NCBI RefSeq assembly: GCF_000277795.1 | Contig: NC_018149.1 | Coordinates: forward strand, 317,160-341,159 | Direction of reading: 5' to 3' | Length of the DNA stretch: 24,000 nucleotides | DNA from: Mycoplasma wenyonii str. Massachusetts | GTDB taxonomy: Bacteria; Bacillota_I; Bacilli_A; Mycoplasmatales; Mycoplasmoidaceae | Part shown: positions 20,711 to 24,000 of the stretch, in pieces | Layout: every line of letters begins with the position of its first letter | How positions within the stretch are numbered: the stretch's first letter is position 1 | Translations under genes and position numbers: made by a program | Notes under the pieces: generated by a model | The model's input: only the letters and a program-made list of their open reading frames with translations | What the model was told of the DNA's origin: nothing | The model's database searches: none

Positions 20711-20826
20711 AGTATTAGATAGCAAAAAAATTTAATTAATACTTACAAGAATTAGTAACTATATAACAACTGAAAACTTTAAATATATGCTTATTTTTCT
20801 AGAATTCAAGTAAATAGTTAGATAAT

Positions 20827-21427
20827 ATGTTGATTCCTAAATTATTTCTTGGATTAGCCAGTACAGCGGGAATAGGTGGCTTAGTCTCTCTATCTTCTCT
20901 TGCGGGGGGGGGATACTCGGGATATTTGAAGAGTAAGCACTAATCCAACTTTTCCTTTATTTACCTGTAGAGCTTCTGGTTCAGAGATATCTATTTATCT
21001 GAAACTCAAAAATGGTGTAAGTCATTTACGAGATAGTCAGCAAATAGAATTTTGAGGCGACGAAAACACAAGAGAAGGGGCAGCCGGCCTAATTAATTTA
21101 AGTGACATTAGTACCTCAAATCAAAAAACATATAAATTAACAGTTTTTGATCCCAGCGGAAACAGCAGGCTAGAAGTAGGAACAGATAGTAGCAGTAGCT
21201 TATACGAGACTCTTACTTGCAAACCTCTCGTCTTTAAAGTTACAGAAGGACAAGCACAAGCAATTTCATCAAGCTCCTCTAAAGGTGTATCGAAAGAACT
21301 AAAAAACATCCCACTTACTTTAGAAAACTGTGATACGAATGATAGCAGAAAACCATGTTCAATAAAGATTGGAGGAGATGTAGGACTTAGTTGAAGAGAT
21401 GACTTTATTCCAAAAGTATTTCTTTAA
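20827..21427 (+). pseudogene. array copy J (subfamily 2), poly-G switch, phase OFF
   Basis: ATG 20827. G9 lies at 20904-20912. The leader frame stops at TAA 20941-20943. The body frame is open to TAA 21425-21427 (...DTRDIWRVSTNPTFPLFTCRASGSEISIYLKLKNG...PCSIKIGGDVGLSWRDDFIPKVFL). G8 or G11 would fuse them. Confidence 0.65.
20904..20912 (+). repeat. G9 homopolymer, copy J
   Basis: Counted directly: cttgcGGGGGGGGGatact. Confidence 0.9.
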
Positions 21428-21465
21428 TAAATAGTTAGGATACTAAAGAGCTAACTCCAACCCAA

Positions 21466-21877
21466 GATAATTGAGCAAAATAATAAGCCATGTTCTGTTT
21501 TTATCTAGAGTTAGATAAAAGTAGGTAATTAATCTAATCAATTTGATTCCTAAGCTTCGTTCACTTCCTTAGCTCAAGTTCCCTTACCAATATTTAGGTT
21601 TCTTGCTTGAGGGGTTTGCCTCGTTTCACACTCTATATTTCTATAGAGCTCGTCTCTGTGGCACTTTACAGAGAATTACTCTTGTAAGTTATTCACTTAT
21701 TTAGAAAGGTTCTCCGCCATCAACTAGTCTATTACTAGCCGTTAAGTTTTATTTTTTATGTACTTACACAAACACTACAGTCATCTCAGACTATGCAAGC
21801 ATGGACTTTCCTCTCACTTAACTAAACTACAATAAGATAGTTAGTTAAGAAGCTACCTACCACTTCACTCAAATATC
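21466..21877 (-). ncRNA. rnpB: RNase P RNA (type B-like)
   Basis: The minus strand carries the universal P4 motifs. These are GAGGAAAGTCCATGCTTGC (complement of 21803-21813 and flank) and ACAGAACATGGCTTA (complement of 21484-21498). A P3-like hairpin TTAACTAA...TTAGTTAA lies at 21817-21847. Candidate P1 pairing is GATATTTGAG (21868-21877) with CTCAATTATC (21466-21475). The ends are approximate. Confidence 0.8.
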
Positions 21878-21926
21878 TATATAAAGGGTTAAGGTTAACC
21901 CTCAGTATCCCATAAATATTTAAACC

Positions 21927-22412
21927 ATGAGTGTTAGAAAATATCACTCTATTAAGTCTGAGCAAGTAAAAGAGCTTTCTCAAAAGTTAAAGTCTTCTAA
22001 CTCCTTTGCAAGTCTTAACTACAGCACACTAGGAGTCAAATCTTCCCACTGACTAAGAAAAGAGGTAAAGAAGTTTGATGGAGAGATTAAGTTTGTCTCC
22101 AATAATGTACTAAGAAGAGCACTTAGTACTGTTGTTGACTCTCCTATTAAGTTAAGTGGACAGAATCTAGTCTTAATAGTTAATTCAGAGAAGATTGCTC
22201 CTTTAAAGCTATTTGGAGAGTTAGTTAGGAAATACAAGTTACTAAAAATAGGAGTTGTTTATTGTGATAAGCAACTACTAACTGAAGAACAAAAAGAGTA
22301 TCTTCCTTCTTGATCAGAGAAAGAAGATGCATATGCTAAATTAGCCTATTTACTGCTTTCTCCTATACTTTCTTTGTTATTCTTATTGAAGAGTATCTCC
22401 GAGAAACAATAA
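21927..22412 (+). CDS. rplJ: 50S ribosomal protein L10 (161 aa)
   Basis: ATG 21927 to TAA 22410-22412 through two TGA-Trp codons. It lies directly upstream of rplL. The sequence is L10-like: MSVRKYHSIKSEQVKELSQKLKSSNSFASLNYSTLGV.... Confidence 0.85.
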
Positions 22413-22443
22413 AATTTATTTTCAGTATTAACTTTTTATTTGT

Positions 22444-22854
22444 ATGTCAGAAGAAAGTAAGTCTAATCTAACTGAAAAAACTCAAAACTTAATAGAACAA
22501 ATTAAGGGGTTTACTGTATTAGAACTAAATGAATTAATTAGAGGTCTAGAAAGTGAATTTAAGGTTAGTGCAGCTAATTTCTCTGCAGGACCAGCAACTG
22601 CTAAGTCAGATGATTCAGCTGAAGACAAAGCAGATGTAAATAAAGACCTACACTTAGTTTCTGCAGGAGGTAACAAGATTGGAGTTATTAAGTTAGTTAG
22701 AGAGTTAACCGCTTTAGGACTAATGGAAGCTAAGAAGATAGTTGATAGTGCACCTGGATTAGTGAAAGCAGATATTCCTGCTTCACAATTTGATGAACTA
22801 AAAGCTAAGTTTGAAGCTGTGGGGGCTAGTGTGGAATTTAAATTGCCATCCTAG
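22444..22854 (+). CDS. rplL: 50S ribosomal protein L7/L12
   Basis: Track ORF of 136 aa with the typical ...VLELNELIRGLESEFKVS... N-domain and KIGVIKLVRELTALGLMEAKKIVDSAPGLVKADI...KAKFEAVGASVEFK C-domain. Confidence 0.95.
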   Translation: MSEESKSNLTEKTQNLIEQIKGFTVLELNELIRGLESEFKVSAANFSAGPATAKSDDSAEDKADVNKDLHLVSAGGNKIGVIKLVRELTALGLMEAKKIVDSAPGLVKADIPASQFDELKAKFEAVGASVEFKLPS

Positions 22855-22882
22855 TTCTTTAAGAGTCTTACAAGAGATATAT

Positions 22883-22956
22883 TGGTGCCGAATAAGTGAA
22901 TCGAACACTTCTCAGCTCATTACCATTGAGCCGTTTTACCACTAAACTAATCCGGC
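22883..22956 (-). tRNA. tRNA-Thr (anticodon GGU), CCA encoded
   Basis: The reverse complement folds by hand as a cloverleaf: GCCGGAT-TA-GTTT-AGTGGTA-AAAC-G-GCTCA-ATGGTAA-TGAGC-TGAG-AAGTG-TTCGATT-CACTT-ATTCGGC-ACCA. The acceptor stem has 7 bp with one G-U. The T-loop is TTCGATT. The anticodon loop has U33 and A37 flanking GGT. Confidence 0.85.
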
Positions 22957-22982
22957 TTAGCTACCAATTTCAATAATACTTT

Positions 22983-23297
22983 ATGCCTACTACTCTAAAG
23001 ATCAAACTAATCTCTTTTGACTACAGACTATTAGATCAATGAGTAAAGAAGATAGTAGAGTTAGCTTTAAAGTATGACTCTACTATTAAAGGTCCTATTC
23101 CTTTACCTACTAAGACTAAGTTGTATACAGTCTTAAAGTCTCCACACGTTAATAAGCCTTCTATGGAACACTTTCAAAAGAAAGAACACAGAAGACTTAT
23201 TTTGATCTCTGAGTATGACAATAGACTATTCTCTTACTTTCAAAGAATGAGTCTTCCAGCCTCTCTAGACTTAAGACTCTCTTTAATTAGTAGTTAG
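22983..23297 (+). CDS. rpsJ: 30S ribosomal protein S10 (104 aa)
   Basis: ATG 22983 to TAG 23295-23297 with one TGA-Trp. S10 motifs include IKLISFDYRLLDQW...GPIPLPTK...YTVLKSPHVNKPSMEHFQKKEHRRLI. Confidence 0.9.
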
Positions 23298-23308
23298 TTG
23301 AATAGACA

Positions 23309-23998
23309 ATGTACAGAGAAGTTATATGTCAAAAGATTGGGATGAGTAGTATCTTTAGTGAGTCTGGAAGTAACTTACCTGTAACTTTCTTAAAACCTGT
23401 AGCTTTACAGGTTTTAGAGATAAAGACTAAAGATAAATTCGGATACAACTCTTTAGTAGTTGGAGTAGGAGAAGAGTGTCCAGCTAAAAAGTTAATTAAA
23501 CCAGTACAGGGTCAATTCACAAAACACTCTCTTCCACTAAGAAGAAAGATTACTGAACTTAAGTGAGATGGAGAAAAAGAATATAAGGTAGGAGAGTTTG
23601 TAGAGTTCCAAAATCTTTTTCAAGAGGGAGAAAAGATTAAGGTACAGGGAATTTCTAGAGGTATGGGTTTCACTGGAGCAATTAAGAGATGGAACTTTGC
23701 CACTAGCCCAAAGACTCACGGAGCAGGTTATCCCCACAGATTCCAAGGATCTCTAGAAACAGGGAGAGGAGGTAGATCTCCGCAAAAAGTGTGAAAAGGA
23801 AAGAAGATGTCAGGACATATGGGTAATGAAACTTGCACTATAAGAAATCTAAGAATTCTCTATATAGATACAGAGAAATCTCTAATAGCTATTAAAGGAT
23901 CTATACCCGGAAGAAAGAAATCTTTAGTGAGAGTTAGATCTCTACACAAAGCAAAAGCTATAGTTCCAGAGAAGCTATTAGTTAAGAACACTAAATAA
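23309..23998 (+). CDS. rplC: 50S ribosomal protein L3 (229 aa)
   Basis: Track ORFs 23309..23566 and 23807..23998 share a frame and are joined by TGA-Trp codons. The sequence includes ...GISRGMGFTGAIKRWNFATSPKTHGAGYPHRFQGS...KKMSGHMGNE. TAA 23996-23998 overlaps an ATG (TAATG) that probably starts rplD at the window edge. Confidence 0.9.
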
Positions 23999-24000
23999 TG

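Noticed and set aside
14920-21427. The periodic ~600-650 bp repetition could superficially suggest a CRISPR array or a satellite.
   Set aside because: The repeat units are whole protein-coding genes with diverged bodies. There are no short (25-40 nt) direct repeats separated by unique spacers, and no cas genes.
1-24000. Mobile elements (IS, transposase, integrase, phage genes) as an explanation for the paralog clusters.
   Set aside because: No ORF in any frame under code 4 shows transposase or integrase motifs, and I saw no terminal inverted repeats flanking the clusters. Amplification looks like tandem duplication and gene conversion instead.

Overview
AT-rich Mollicutes-type DNA that only makes sense under genetic code 4 (TGA = Trp). 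The supplied standard-code ORF track fragments or misses almost every real gene, so I re-joined frames by hand. Two kinds of content are present. (1) Housekeeping genes: a split PLD-family nuclease, rsmH, mraZ, rplU, an aldo/keto reductase and rpsI on the minus strand, then lon on the plus strand. Further on come RNase P RNA (minus), rplJ-rplL, an antisense tRNA-Thr(GGU) and rpsJ-rplC. (2) Two clusters of small paralogous proteins (about 175-365 aa) that I do not recognise. Each has an N-terminal hydrophobic signal/anchor segment and a Cys/Trp-patterned C-terminus. They lie at 3-7671 (both strands) and 14920-21427 (ten head-to-tail copies of about 600 bp). The key observation concerns the eleven G or C homopolymers of 7-10 nt in the window. 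Every one lies inside one of these paralog genes, at codon 26-32, directly between the hydrophobic leader and the mature domain. Tract length decides whether the leader is in frame with the body. By my hand count 3 tract-bearing genes are ON and 8 are OFF, with lengths 7, 8 and 9 bracketing the ON length. Tract-less or tract-interrupted copies are constitutively in frame. Identical sequence modules are exchanged between copies, with the tract at the junction. This looks like a large slipped-strand (contingency) surface-antigen variation system. The gene content and paralog expansion resemble haemotropic mycoplasmas, but that is inference only because no database search was possible. Homopolymer lengths could also be sequencing artefacts and need read-level confirmation.
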